64,000 nt of DNA from Candidatus Undinarchaeales archaeon (lineage in GTDB: Archaea > SpSt-1190 > JASMDC01): contig JASMDC010000006.1 of assembly GCA_030753015.1 (NCBI GenBank), forward strand, positions 32,001 to 96,000, written 5' to 3'. The position numbers and the translations under genes were made by a program. Shown piece by piece: positions 55,916 through 64,000 of the stretch. The notes under the pieces are model-generated. The model saw nothing but the letters and a program-made list of their open reading frames with translations. It was not told where the DNA came from and did not search any database. How positions within the stretch are numbered: the stretch's first letter is position 1; every line of letters begins with the position of its first letter.

Positions 55916-56917
55916 TTATTCGCTTCCTACGATCTGTCCCGCGATCTCCTGTACCTTGATCGCGTTGTCGATAGTGATGTCGGGCGTCTTGCCCTGGAGG
56001 ATGGACTGGACGAAGTGGGCGTCCGTCTGGCGGTGTCCCCACACCCTCGTGCCCCGCACCGAAAGGTCCCATTCCTGCCGCTCCGGCTCGGAGCCGTAGA
56101 GGATAATCTTATCGGTGTTGATGGCGTGGAGTACGTTCGTGTTGTCCCCGTACACCTCTAGCCGGCTGATGGCGGCTGCGGCGTTGGTGGTGGCCCCGTA
56201 GTGCAGATTGCCAACGATCCCGTTGGAGAGCTTGATCACGCCCATGGTGTTGTAACCGGTAATCCCGCCGGCTTCCTCGAGCTTGGGGTAGCTGGGTTTC
56301 CATGCCACGCTCTCGATCTCACAATCGAACATCCACCGGAACATGTCAAGCGACCATACCGAGAGGGTGAAGTCGGGATATCCGCCGCTCTTCTCTAGGT
56401 TCCAGGCCCAGGATCCAGGGGGCCACTGCTCTGCCAGTGCCGAAGCCGGGATGAACTCGCGGAAGTGGAGGGCGATGGGCTTGCCGATAGTTCCGGCCTT
56501 GATCATCTCCTTGATCTTGACGTAGATCGGTGCGAACCGGAAGTTGAGGTTGGGCATCAGGACGACCCCTGCTTCCTCGGCGGCCTTGCCAAGCTCCTTC
56601 GTCTGCTCGATGGTCGCGGCTACCGGCATCTCACAAAGGACGTGCTTCCCCTTCTTGATGGCCTGCATGGCCATGTTGTAATGGAGGGGTGTCGGGAGCG
56701 AGAGCACAACGGCCTCAACCTTTTCGTCCTCCAGGAGCTCATTATAATCCAGGTAGTACGGCACGTCGTACTTCTTCGCAAGGGGCTTCACCCGATCCTC
56801 TGCCAGATCGCAGAGGGCTATAAGATTCGAACCCTCGATCTTCTTGAAAGCGGGGACATGCGCCTGCCCCCCGACGAAACCTACGCCAACGACAGCGACT
56901 CCAACATTATCAGCCAT
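55916..56917 (-). CDS. Gfo/Idh/MocA-family NAD(P)-dependent oxidoreductase
   Basis: VVGVGFVG, PTPLH and GKHVLCEMP (usual EKP is EMP), NFRF.P. Confidence 0.88.
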   Translation of the reverse strand: MADNVGVAVVGVGFVGGQAHVPAFKKIEGSNLIALCDLAEDRVKPLAKKYDVPYYLDYNELLEDEKVEAVVLSLPTPLHYNMAMQAIKKGKHVLCEMPVAATIEQTKELGKAAEEAGVVLMPNLNFRFAPIYVKIKEMIKAGTIGKPIALHFREFIPASALAEQWPPGSWAWNLEKSGGYPDFTLSVWSLDMFRWMFDCEIESVAWKPSYPKLEEAGGITGYNTMGVIKLSNGIVGNLHYGATTNAAAAISRLEVYGDNTNVLHAINTDKIILYGSEPERQEWDLSVRGTRVWGHRQTDAHFVQSILQGKTPDITIDNAIKVQEIAGQIVGSE

Positions 56918-57029
56918 AATATTCACCCGATCACCTCTCCCCGAACCGTTGTCAATATTAAAAACCTAGCCCCTGCGCCGACTGCAAACGAAGCCGTCGG
57001 CCAGTGGTCCCGGAGAAGGCTCGGGCGTA

Positions 57030-57416
57030 TCATCCCTTAGGAAACATTTGCACGCTCTTTGCAATGCTCCTAGTCGTGATGATCCCCACGATGTCCCCGC
57101 CGTCCACGACGATGAGCCGCCTGATGTTCGACCGGCCCATGAGCGCGCTCGCCTCGCCGATTTCCCCATCCTTCTCGATGGTGATGAGGCGAGAGGACAT
57201 GACTTGGTGCACGTAGGTCGTGGTGGGATCGAGCCCGTACGCCACAACCTTACGCAGGATGTCACGCTCGGTGATGATACCAATGACCTCCCCGCTTTCC
57301 TCCACGAGGACGGACCCGCGTCTCTCCCTGTCCATGAGTTTTGCAGCCTGCGCCACCGTCTTGTGGTGGTCGATCTTCATCACGTCATGCATGATGTCCT
57401 TGACCGTTAGCGTCAT
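57030..57416 (-). CDS. CBS-domain pair protein
   Basis: VKDIM, GIITERDIL, VM, IRRL.V and GIIT. Confidence 0.9.
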   Translation of the reverse strand: MTLTVKDIMHDVMKIDHHKTVAQAAKLMDRERRGSVLVEESGEVIGIITERDILRKVVAYGLDPTTTYVHQVMSSRLITIEKDGEIGEASALMGRSNIRRLIVVDGGDIVGIITTRSIAKSVQMFPKG

Positions 57417-57438
57417 TTAGTTTCCACCTCGTCATAAC

Positions 57439-58068
57439 TCAGGCAGTCTTTGCCTTGATCTTCTTGAGCTGGACGAAGCTGGAGCGCTCCATTTCGTCGA
57501 GCTTCATCTTGATGTACCTCACCGTGGCCTCCAGCTTGGGAATGAGAACGTATTCCAGAGCGTTCACGCGCCGCCTCGTCCGCTCGATCTCGAGCGCGAG
57601 GACCTTGATGGACTTCTCGGACTCGCCCAGTTTCACGATGTCCTCGAGTACCTCCTCGAACCGCTTGGCCGCCTCGTCGACCTCCGACGTGGTGCCCGCG
57701 ATGGAGTAGCCTCGCTCGAGCCCAACATCCCCCACCTTGAGCCGGAAGGCCGGTGTCTTGACGTTCATCACGCCAGTGGTAGTTATGCTGAGCATGGCCC
57801 TCCTCCTGAGGAGGAGGGAGGCAACCTCCGTGCTCTCGGCTCCGCTCACAACCTGGGCGGCGATGAGGGCCTCGAAGGCCTCGGCCAGCCGCACCTCTGT
57901 CTTGGAGCGAAGCTTGCTCGTCCTCTGGACAATCTCCATGAACTGGCGTACCATGCCCTCGTTCTTCTCCTTCAGGAGCTTGTGGCCTTTCTTTGCGAGC
58001 TTGGTCTTCTTTTTTAGGTGGAGGAGCTCCATCCGTGTGGGGTTGACGTTGAGGATCTCCTGGGCCAC
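57439..58068 (-). CDS. atpD: A/V-type ATP synthase subunit D
   Basis: NPTRMEL..LK....A.KGHKLLKEK and EIERTRRRVNALEY. Confidence 0.95.
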   Translation of the reverse strand: MAQEILNVNPTRMELLHLKKKTKLAKKGHKLLKEKNEGMVRQFMEIVQRTSKLRSKTEVRLAEAFEALIAAQVVSGAESTEVASLLLRRRAMLSITTTGVMNVKTPAFRLKVGDVGLERGYSIAGTTSEVDEAAKRFEEVLEDIVKLGESEKSIKVLALEIERTRRRVNALEYVLIPKLEATVRYIKMKLDEMERSSFVQLKKIKAKTA

Positions 58069-59481
58069 CTAGGATGACACCTCGGCTTCCGCCTTCTTGG
58101 GAAGGTACTTCTCGATGAACTCCTCATCGATGCGCTTGAGCTCCGACTTCGGCAAGTCCGAGAGGAGTTCCCACGAGATGCGAAGGGTGTCCTCGATAGT
58201 CCTGTGCTCGTGCCTCCCCTGGCCGATGAACCGCTCCTCGAAGTTGTCTGCGAAGTTGAGGTATTTCGCGTCGATGTCGCTGAGGGCGGCCTCGCCGATG
58301 ACGGCCACGAGCTCGCGCATGTCCCTGCCGCGAGCGTAAGCCGAGTAGAGTTGGTTTGACACCCCGTGGTGGTCGGCCCGCGTCTTGCCCTCGCCGATGC
58401 CCTTGGTCATGAGCCTTGAGAGGCACGGGAGGATGTCGATGGGCGGATACACACCACGTCGTACCATGTCCCTGCTGAGGACGATCTGACCCTCCGTGAT
58501 GTAGCCCGTGAGGTCGGGGATGGGATGGGTGATGTCATCCTCCGGCATGGAGAGGATAGGGAGCTGGGTGATGGATCCCTTCTTGCCGTAGATCTTGCCG
58601 GCGCGCTCGTAGAGGCTGGACAGGTCTGTGTACATGTAGCCGGGGTACCCGCGGCGTCCTGGGACCTCGTTGCGCGCAGCCGAGATCTCGCGCAGAGCCT
58701 CGCAGTAGTTCGTCATGTCGGTGAGGATGACGAGCACGTGCATCTCAAGCTCGAAGGCGAGGTACTCCGCGGCGGTTAGTGCCATGCGCGGCGTTGCGAT
58801 GCGCTCGATCGCCGGATGGTCCGCCAGGTTCATGAACACCACCGAGCGCTCGATGGCTCCTGTCTTGCGGAAGTCGGTGATGAAGAAGTTCATCTCCTCG
58901 AAGGTGATCCCCATAGCGCCGAACACCACCGCGAAGTCACCCGCCCCCTCCTCCAGCACTCGCGCCTGGCGGGCGATCTGGGCGGCGAGCTCGTTGTGCG
59001 GCAGCCCTGATCCGCTGAAGATGGGAAGCTTCTGGCCCCGCACGAGCGTGTTCATGAGGTCGATGGACGACACTCCAGTCTCGATGAAGTCGGCGGGGTA
59101 CTCCCGAGCCGTGGGATTGATAGGGTTTCCGATGATGTCCATCATCTTCTCGGGCACGATGGCCGGACCCTTGTCGATGGGCTTTCCCAGGCCGCTGAAC
59201 ACGCGCCCAAGGATGTCGGGGGACACGGCCAGCTCAACGGACTTCCCGGTGAACTTGAGCTTGGTATCCCCGATGTTGATACCGGAGGTTCCTTCGAACA
59301 CCTGGACCACGGCCGTGTTCCCGGACACCTCGAGCACCTGGCCGAGCCTCTGTTCGCCGCCAGAGAGCTCGATCTTGACGAGCTCGTTGTAGGCAACGTC
59401 ACGGACGTTCTCGACGATGACGAGGGGACCGGAGATCTCCGTCACACCCATGTACTCCCGAAGCTTGCTGATGTCACTCAC
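58069..59481 (-). CDS. atpB: A/V-type ATP synthase subunit B
   Basis: [42 protein letters not shown] and [18 protein letters not shown] 59481 after GGAGGTGA. Confidence 0.97.
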   Translation of the reverse strand: MSDISKLREYMGVTEISGPLVIVENVRDVAYNELVKIELSGGEQRLGQVLEVSGNTAVVQVFEGTSGINIGDTKLKFTGKSVELAVSPDILGRVFSGLGKPIDKGPAIVPEKMMDIIGNPINPTAREYPADFIETGVSSIDLMNTLVRGQKLPIFSGSGLPHNELAAQIARQARVLEEGAGDFAVVFGAMGITFEEMNFFITDFRKTGAIERSVVFMNLADHPAIERIATPRMALTAAEYLAFELEMHVLVILTDMTNYCEALREISAARNEVPGRRGYPGYMYTDLSSLYERAGKIYGKKGSITQLPILSMPEDDITHPIPDLTGYITEGQIVLSRDMVRRGVYPPIDILPCLSRLMTKGIGEGKTRADHHGVSNQLYSAYARGRDMRELVAVIGEAALSDIDAKYLNFADNFEERFIGQGRHEHRTIEDTLRISWELLSDLPKSELKRIDEEFIEKYLPKKAEAEVSS

Positions 59482-61258
59482 GCTTCTCACCTCCATACTT
59501 CTCGACGAGCGCAAGCACCTGATTCTGCATCTCGTCCTCGAGATTCTTTACGTGCGCCTCTATCTCCTCCTCCTTCACGAACTTGGTACGTGCGATGCGC
59601 TCGCGCACGGGGATGGCGAGGAGGTCAGCCAGGGGGATTCTCTCGGCCAGCACCCCGAGACCGGCGTTGTGCATCTTGAGGATAAGGCCCATGATGAGCA
59701 ACTGCTTCCTTCCCGAGGTGTAGGTGTCCACTTCGTGGAAGGCGTTCTGCTGGAGGAAGTCCTCGCGGATCGACCGCGTCGTCTCGAGCAGGAACCTGTC
59801 AGAGGGCCGGAGGGCATCGGGGCCCACGAGCTTCACGATCTCCTCGAGCTCCGCCTCCTTCTGGAGGAGCTTCATAGCCTCCTTTCGCAGCCCCTTCCAC
59901 TCGGCGGACACGTTGGTGCGCCACCACTCCTCGACGTCATCCAAATACAGGGAATAGCTCTGGAGCCAGTTGATGCTCGGGAAGTGCCTGCGGTCGGCAA
60001 GCTTAGCGTCCAGGGCCCAGAACACCTTTGTGATACGCAGCGTGTTCTGGGTCACCGGCTCCGAGAAGTCCCCTCCCGGCGGGGACACGGCCCCAACCAC
60101 GGTGAGGGACCCCTCCCGTTCGTCGGTCCCCAGGGTGATAACCCGACCTGCACGCTCGTAGAACGCGGCCACCTTGGATGCCAGGTAGGCGGGGTAGCCC
60201 TCCTCCCCGGGCATCTCCTCCAGCCGCCCCGATATCTCTCGGAGTGCCTCGGCCCACCGCGACGTAGAGTCGGCCATGAGACCTACCGAATAGCCCATGT
60301 CCCGGTAGTACTCCGCTAACGTGATACCCGTGTAGATGCTGGCCTCTCTTGCAGCCACCGGCATGTTGGACGTGTTGGCGATGAGCACGGTCCTGTCCAT
60401 GAGAGGCAGACCCGACTTGGGATCCTTGAGCTCGGGGAACTCGCGGAGCACGTCGGTCATCTCATTGCCGCGTTCTCCACAGCCGATGTAGACGATGATG
60501 TCCGTGTCAGCCCATTTCGCGAGCTGGTGCTGGGTAACGGTCTTACCGCTCCCGAACGGGCCCGGAATGCAGGCAGTGCCGCCCTTGGCGATGGGGAAGA
60601 ACGTGTCGAGTATACGCTGGCCGGTGATGAGCGGGATATGAGGTGCCAGCTTCTCCTTGTACGGCCGTCCACGGCGCACGGGCCACTTCTGGAGCATGTT
60701 GACCTGCCGTTCCCCCTCGGGGGTCTTGATGACCGCCATCACGTCCTCGACGACATACTCGCCCTTCTTGGTGACGGAGGCCACGCTTCCGTCCGCGTCA
60801 GAGGGCACGAGGATCTTGTGCTCGACCAGGGCGCTCTCCTGAACGACCCCGACCACGTCGCCCGCCTTCACGGTATCGCCCTTCTTCACCCGTGGCTCGA
60901 AGACCCACGTCTTCTTCCTGTCAAGTGGATCAGCCTCCACCCCCCTGATGATGAACTCGCCGGCCTTCTCCTTGATGACCTGCAGGGGTCGCTGGATACC
61001 GTCGAAGATCGCCCCCATGAGCCCGGGGCCGAGCTCCACGGAGAGCGGCATGCCCGTGCTCACCACGGGCTCACCGACGCTCAGACCCGAGGTCTCCTCG
61101 TAGACCTGGATGGTTGCCGCGGCACCTAAGAGGCCGATGACCTCGCCTATGAGGCCCTGTTTCCCGACCCGGACCACGTCGAACATCTTGACGCCCTTCA
61201 TTTCATCGGCATCGATGACCGGTCCTGCTACCTTAACGATCTTGCCTTCTATTGCCAT
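59474..61258 (-). CDS. atpA: A/V-type ATP synthase subunit A
   Basis: Walker [49 protein letters not shown] and [14 protein letters not shown]. No intein. Confidence 0.97.
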   Translation of the reverse strand: MAIEGKIVKVAGPVIDADEMKGVKMFDVVRVGKQGLIGEVIGLLGAAATIQVYEETSGLSVGEPVVSTGMPLSVELGPGLMGAIFDGIQRPLQVIKEKAGEFIIRGVEADPLDRKKTWVFEPRVKKGDTVKAGDVVGVVQESALVEHKILVPSDADGSVASVTKKGEYVVEDVMAVIKTPEGERQVNMLQKWPVRRGRPYKEKLAPHIPLITGQRILDTFFPIAKGGTACIPGPFGSGKTVTQHQLAKWADTDIIVYIGCGERGNEMTDVLREFPELKDPKSGLPLMDRTVLIANTSNMPVAAREASIYTGITLAEYYRDMGYSVGLMADSTSRWAEALREISGRLEEMPGEEGYPAYLASKVAAFYERAGRVITLGTDEREGSLTVVGAVSPPGGDFSEPVTQNTLRITKVFWALDAKLADRRHFPSINWLQSYSLYLDDVEEWWRTNVSAEWKGLRKEAMKLLQKEAELEEIVKLVGPDALRPSDRFLLETTRSIREDFLQQNAFHEVDTYTSGRKQLLIMGLILKMHNAGLGVLAERIPLADLLAIPVRERIARTKFVKEEEIEAHVKNLEDEMQNQVLALVEKYGGEKRE

Positions 61259-61260
61259 TG

Positions 61261-61611
61261 CTATCCACCTTCTTCATCCTTTGCCAGGATGTCAACACCC
61301 ACCGCCCTCTTGATAAGCACCCGCACCTCATCCATTGCCGTCCCCTGGCTTCCATGCTTGTCGGGCAGGGGGAGGACCACGGGAAGGAACTGCTCCTCCG
61401 TGATGGCTTGGATGGTCTTGATGAGCTTGGGGGCAAAGAACTCTGTGATTAGGATGAGCGCCACGTCATCGTCGCGGCGCAGTCTGAAGAGATGCTGCTC
61501 TGCCTCCTCCACGGTGTCGGCCTCGTACGCTCGGGTGACGCCTGCGAACCTGAAACCGATGACGGTATCACGGTCCCCTATGACAGCGATCTCGTAGCTA
61601 GACATAGACAT
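61261..61611 (-). CDS. atpF: A/V-type ATP synthase subunit F
   Basis: IAVIGD.DTV.GF..AGV, P.V..LP and IKRAVG.DI. Confidence 0.92.
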   Translation of the reverse strand: MSMSSYEIAVIGDRDTVIGFRFAGVTRAYEADTVEEAEQHLFRLRRDDDVALILITEFFAPKLIKTIQAITEEQFLPVVLPLPDKHGSQGTAMDEVRVLIKRAVGVDILAKDEEGG

Positions 61612-62788
61612 CCCTCACGACACCGTGCAGCTTCTCCTTGTCCATGTTCTCGAACTTTGCGTGGAAGATCATTTTGAGTATGACAGCTTCTCGCTCCATC
61701 ATGAGCGCGTATGTGATGATGGGATCGGGTGAGAGGGTCCGAGAGAGCGTGCGCTCCCTGGCCCCTTGCAGGAGGGCATTGTCGCACGCCCGTTCGAAGG
61801 CGGAGACTGAGAGGTCACCCTTGCACGTTGAGGCGGCCTTGCTCGCTAGCTTGACGATATCCGGCTCGGAAAAGGCAGCACTTATCGCATCAGGGTGCTC
61901 CCCGAGCAGGTCGTGGAATCGCTCCACATGGATCGTGCCGCTCGGCATGAAGGCCTCCTTCGGGAGATCCTCCTGATGGTGGAGGTGTGCACGGACAAGT
62001 GTCTTGAGGTTCTGCACGTCCACAAGGCTCTTGAGGATGTTCCGGGCCAGGTCCGCTCGCCTCCCCATGCTCTCGGACAGCTTCGTGTTAAGGAGGGCGA
62101 AGAATGCCGTGTCCAAGGCATACGCCACATGCTGGGGATCGATCTCCACCTCTTTATCGCTCCCCCCGTGGCGGATGATGTACGGAGCGTATGTGGATAG
62201 GGGCCCCTCCTGGTCTGTCCCCGTTTTCTTGGCTGTAGTGATCGCCCCGAACGTCCTTTCCAGGCACGCCGCGTACCCTGTATCGCCCACCAACCCGGGA
62301 AGCGCGTCAAGCTCTTCGGCCTTGGCCATTGTCGCCAGCGACTCCTCAGAAAGGGTGCCTGCATAGGAGAGCGTCCGCTCGATATGGTCGGGTGGACGCC
62401 CCTGCAGCTTGCCGCGCACGACGGCGTGAAGATTGTGTAGGTCGTGGCGCGCCTGGAGGACGTCGACGAGCACGCGGTCCTCCTCCGGGAGGAGGGAACG
62501 CACCAAGACGTACGTGCGCAGGAGCGTCTTGTCAGCAGCGAGGTCGAAGTCGCGCCACTCACGCACTTGCCTCAGGTCCTGGCTATAGCTCGAGTCGCCA
62601 AGGGCCTTGAGCACCTCAAGGTGCGTTGACGTCTCTACCAACTCATCGATCCTGGCCTTCCGGAGGAGCCGGTTCTCAAGGGCTCGCACCCTCCCGAGGC
62701 CGTACGCGTACTTAGAATCCTCCATACCGTTGAGGCCCAGGTAGGTGAGGACGGCGCCGGACCCGAAGATGAAGGATTCAAGGAGCAT
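61598..62788 (-). CDS. atpC: A/V-type ATP synthase subunit C
   Basis: YAY..GRVRA.E.RLL, D.HN...V.RGK, D..N.KT..R and E...L..I. Operon position. Confidence 0.88.
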   Translation of the reverse strand: MLLESFIFGSGAVLTYLGLNGMEDSKYAYGLGRVRALENRLLRKARIDELVETSTHLEVLKALGDSSYSQDLRQVREWRDFDLAADKTLLRTYVLVRSLLPEEDRVLVDVLQARHDLHNLHAVVRGKLQGRPPDHIERTLSYAGTLSEESLATMAKAEELDALPGLVGDTGYAACLERTFGAITTAKKTGTDQEGPLSTYAPYIIRHGGSDKEVEIDPQHVAYALDTAFFALLNTKLSESMGRRADLARNILKSLVDVQNLKTLVRAHLHHQEDLPKEAFMPSGTIHVERFHDLLGEHPDAISAAFSEPDIVKLASKAASTCKGDLSVSAFERACDNALLQGARERTLSRTLSPDPIITYALMMEREAVILKMIFHAKFENMDKEKLHGVVRDVYV

Positions 62789-62798
62789 TCACGATCAC

Positions 62799-63401
62799 CT
62801 ACGAGAACAGCTCTTTTGCGATCTTTGACCTCAACCCGTCCATGCGAAGCTCGAGCAACGCATCAAAGGACGCATTCACCTCGATCTCACCGCACCGGAG
62901 CACGATCCCGCCGATGATGGCTCGGCCCTCACGCGAGAGGGTGAGGTGCTTCGTCCCAAGGTCGTTCTCGACCTGCTTCAGATCATTATCTGAGAGCACG
63001 CCGTTCTTCCTGTCCCGTTCAGGGAGGATGACCTCGATATCGGGGCCCGGGAGGTCTTCTGCTCCCTTCCTAATCCACGAGAGCAGGAGACCTTTGTACT
63101 CCTTCCCCCTCGTGAACGCCTCGAGGTTCTCATGAACCCGCTCAATGGTCTCGAGGATGAGCTTATCCTTGGCCCTGAGCAGGTTGCGCTTGGGCTCCAT
63201 CGTGCCCACGGCGAGGATCTTCTGTTGCTCGATCCTGGCCTCGCGCTCGGCCTCCCGCATGATCCCCTCCCTTATATGCTCACCATCCGCCCTGGCACGG
63301 GCCAGGATATCGTCTGCCCTCGCCCGCGCCTGGGAGAGCTCCCGCTCAACATCCTTCTCCGCGTCAGCGAGGATCTTGCTACCTATCTCCTCTAAACCCA
63401 C
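62799..63401 (-). CDS. atpE: A/V-type ATP synthase subunit E
   Basis: MGLE.I...IL.DA helical N-terminus and IIGGIVL...I.VN.SFD. GTG 63401 after AGGTGA. Confidence 0.9.
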   Translation of the reverse strand: MGLEEIGSKILADAEKDVERELSQARARADDILARARADGEHIREGIMREAEREARIEQQKILAVGTMEPKRNLLRAKDKLILETIERVHENLEAFTRGKEYKGLLLSWIRKGAEDLPGPDIEVILPERDRKNGVLSDNDLKQVENDLGTKHLTLSREGRAIIGGIVLRCGEIEVNASFDALLELRMDGLRSKIAKELFS

Positions 63402-63426
63402 TGTGAGATCACCTTCTCTGCCCGTA

Positions 63427-63906
<480 letters not shown>

Positions 63907-63918
63907 TTATACACCTCT

Positions 63919-64000
63919 TTAAGCATTCAAACCACTCCCTTGGTTAATTCTGAGGTATTGAACCTCTTTCTTGAATGGGGAGAACCTGCGCCCTCCCCCC
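63919..64000 (-). CDS. atpI: A/V-type ATP synthase subunit I (a), C-terminal fragment
   Basis: Minus-strand translation GGGRRFSPFKKEVQYLRINQGSGLNA-stop matches the conserved GGG..F.PF end of AtpI. Lies upstream of atpK. Confidence 0.8.
   Translation of the reverse strand, partial: GGGRRFSPFKKEVQYLRINQGSGLNA

Noticed and set aside
59474-61258. Intein in AtpA
   Set aside because: Normal length (594 aa) and an uninterrupted Walker A region.
61598-62788. Hydrophobic N-terminal extension on AtpC as a novelty
   Set aside because: Similar extensions are known in other archaeal C subunits; not distinctive.

Overview
GC-rich archaeal chromosomal segment; no rRNA, tRNA, CRISPR array, integrase or transposase was recognised. 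The archaeal assignment rests on uL16/L10e, CarS, GTP cyclohydrolase IIa, archaeal riboflavin synthase, A-type ATP synthase and TATA-box promoters. The left third (1-24 kb) is accessory and envelope-related. It holds pilin-like paralogues, an SPFH/DUF4178 operon, rpl10e-ppsA and an orphan kinase-like gene. It also holds a glycosylation/lipid locus with two ArnT/PMT-type glycosyltransferases, a cobalamin radical SAM, two tandem divergent tetraether-synthase (Tes)-like radical SAMs and carS. An SGNH hydrolase segment in that locus is bracketed by an exact 21-bp direct repeat. The middle has hisS, the riboflavin cluster with a tandem palindromic operator, and a large Cys-repeat surface protein with a histone-H1-like tail. 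The right half is a ~23-kb co-oriented Wood-Ljungdahl cluster: cdhABC-cooC-cdhDE, mtd, ftr, two complete Fwd sets and mch. An HdrC::GltD-like fusion and an HdrA-MvhD fusion sit between the two Fwd sets, with no HdrB, hydrogenase, mer, mtr or mcr in the window. An A-type ATP synthase operon with a Na+-type V-like c subunit follows. All calls come from motif recognition by eye, not database searches. Several starts were moved from the ORF track to ones supported by Shine-Dalgarno or TATA spacing.
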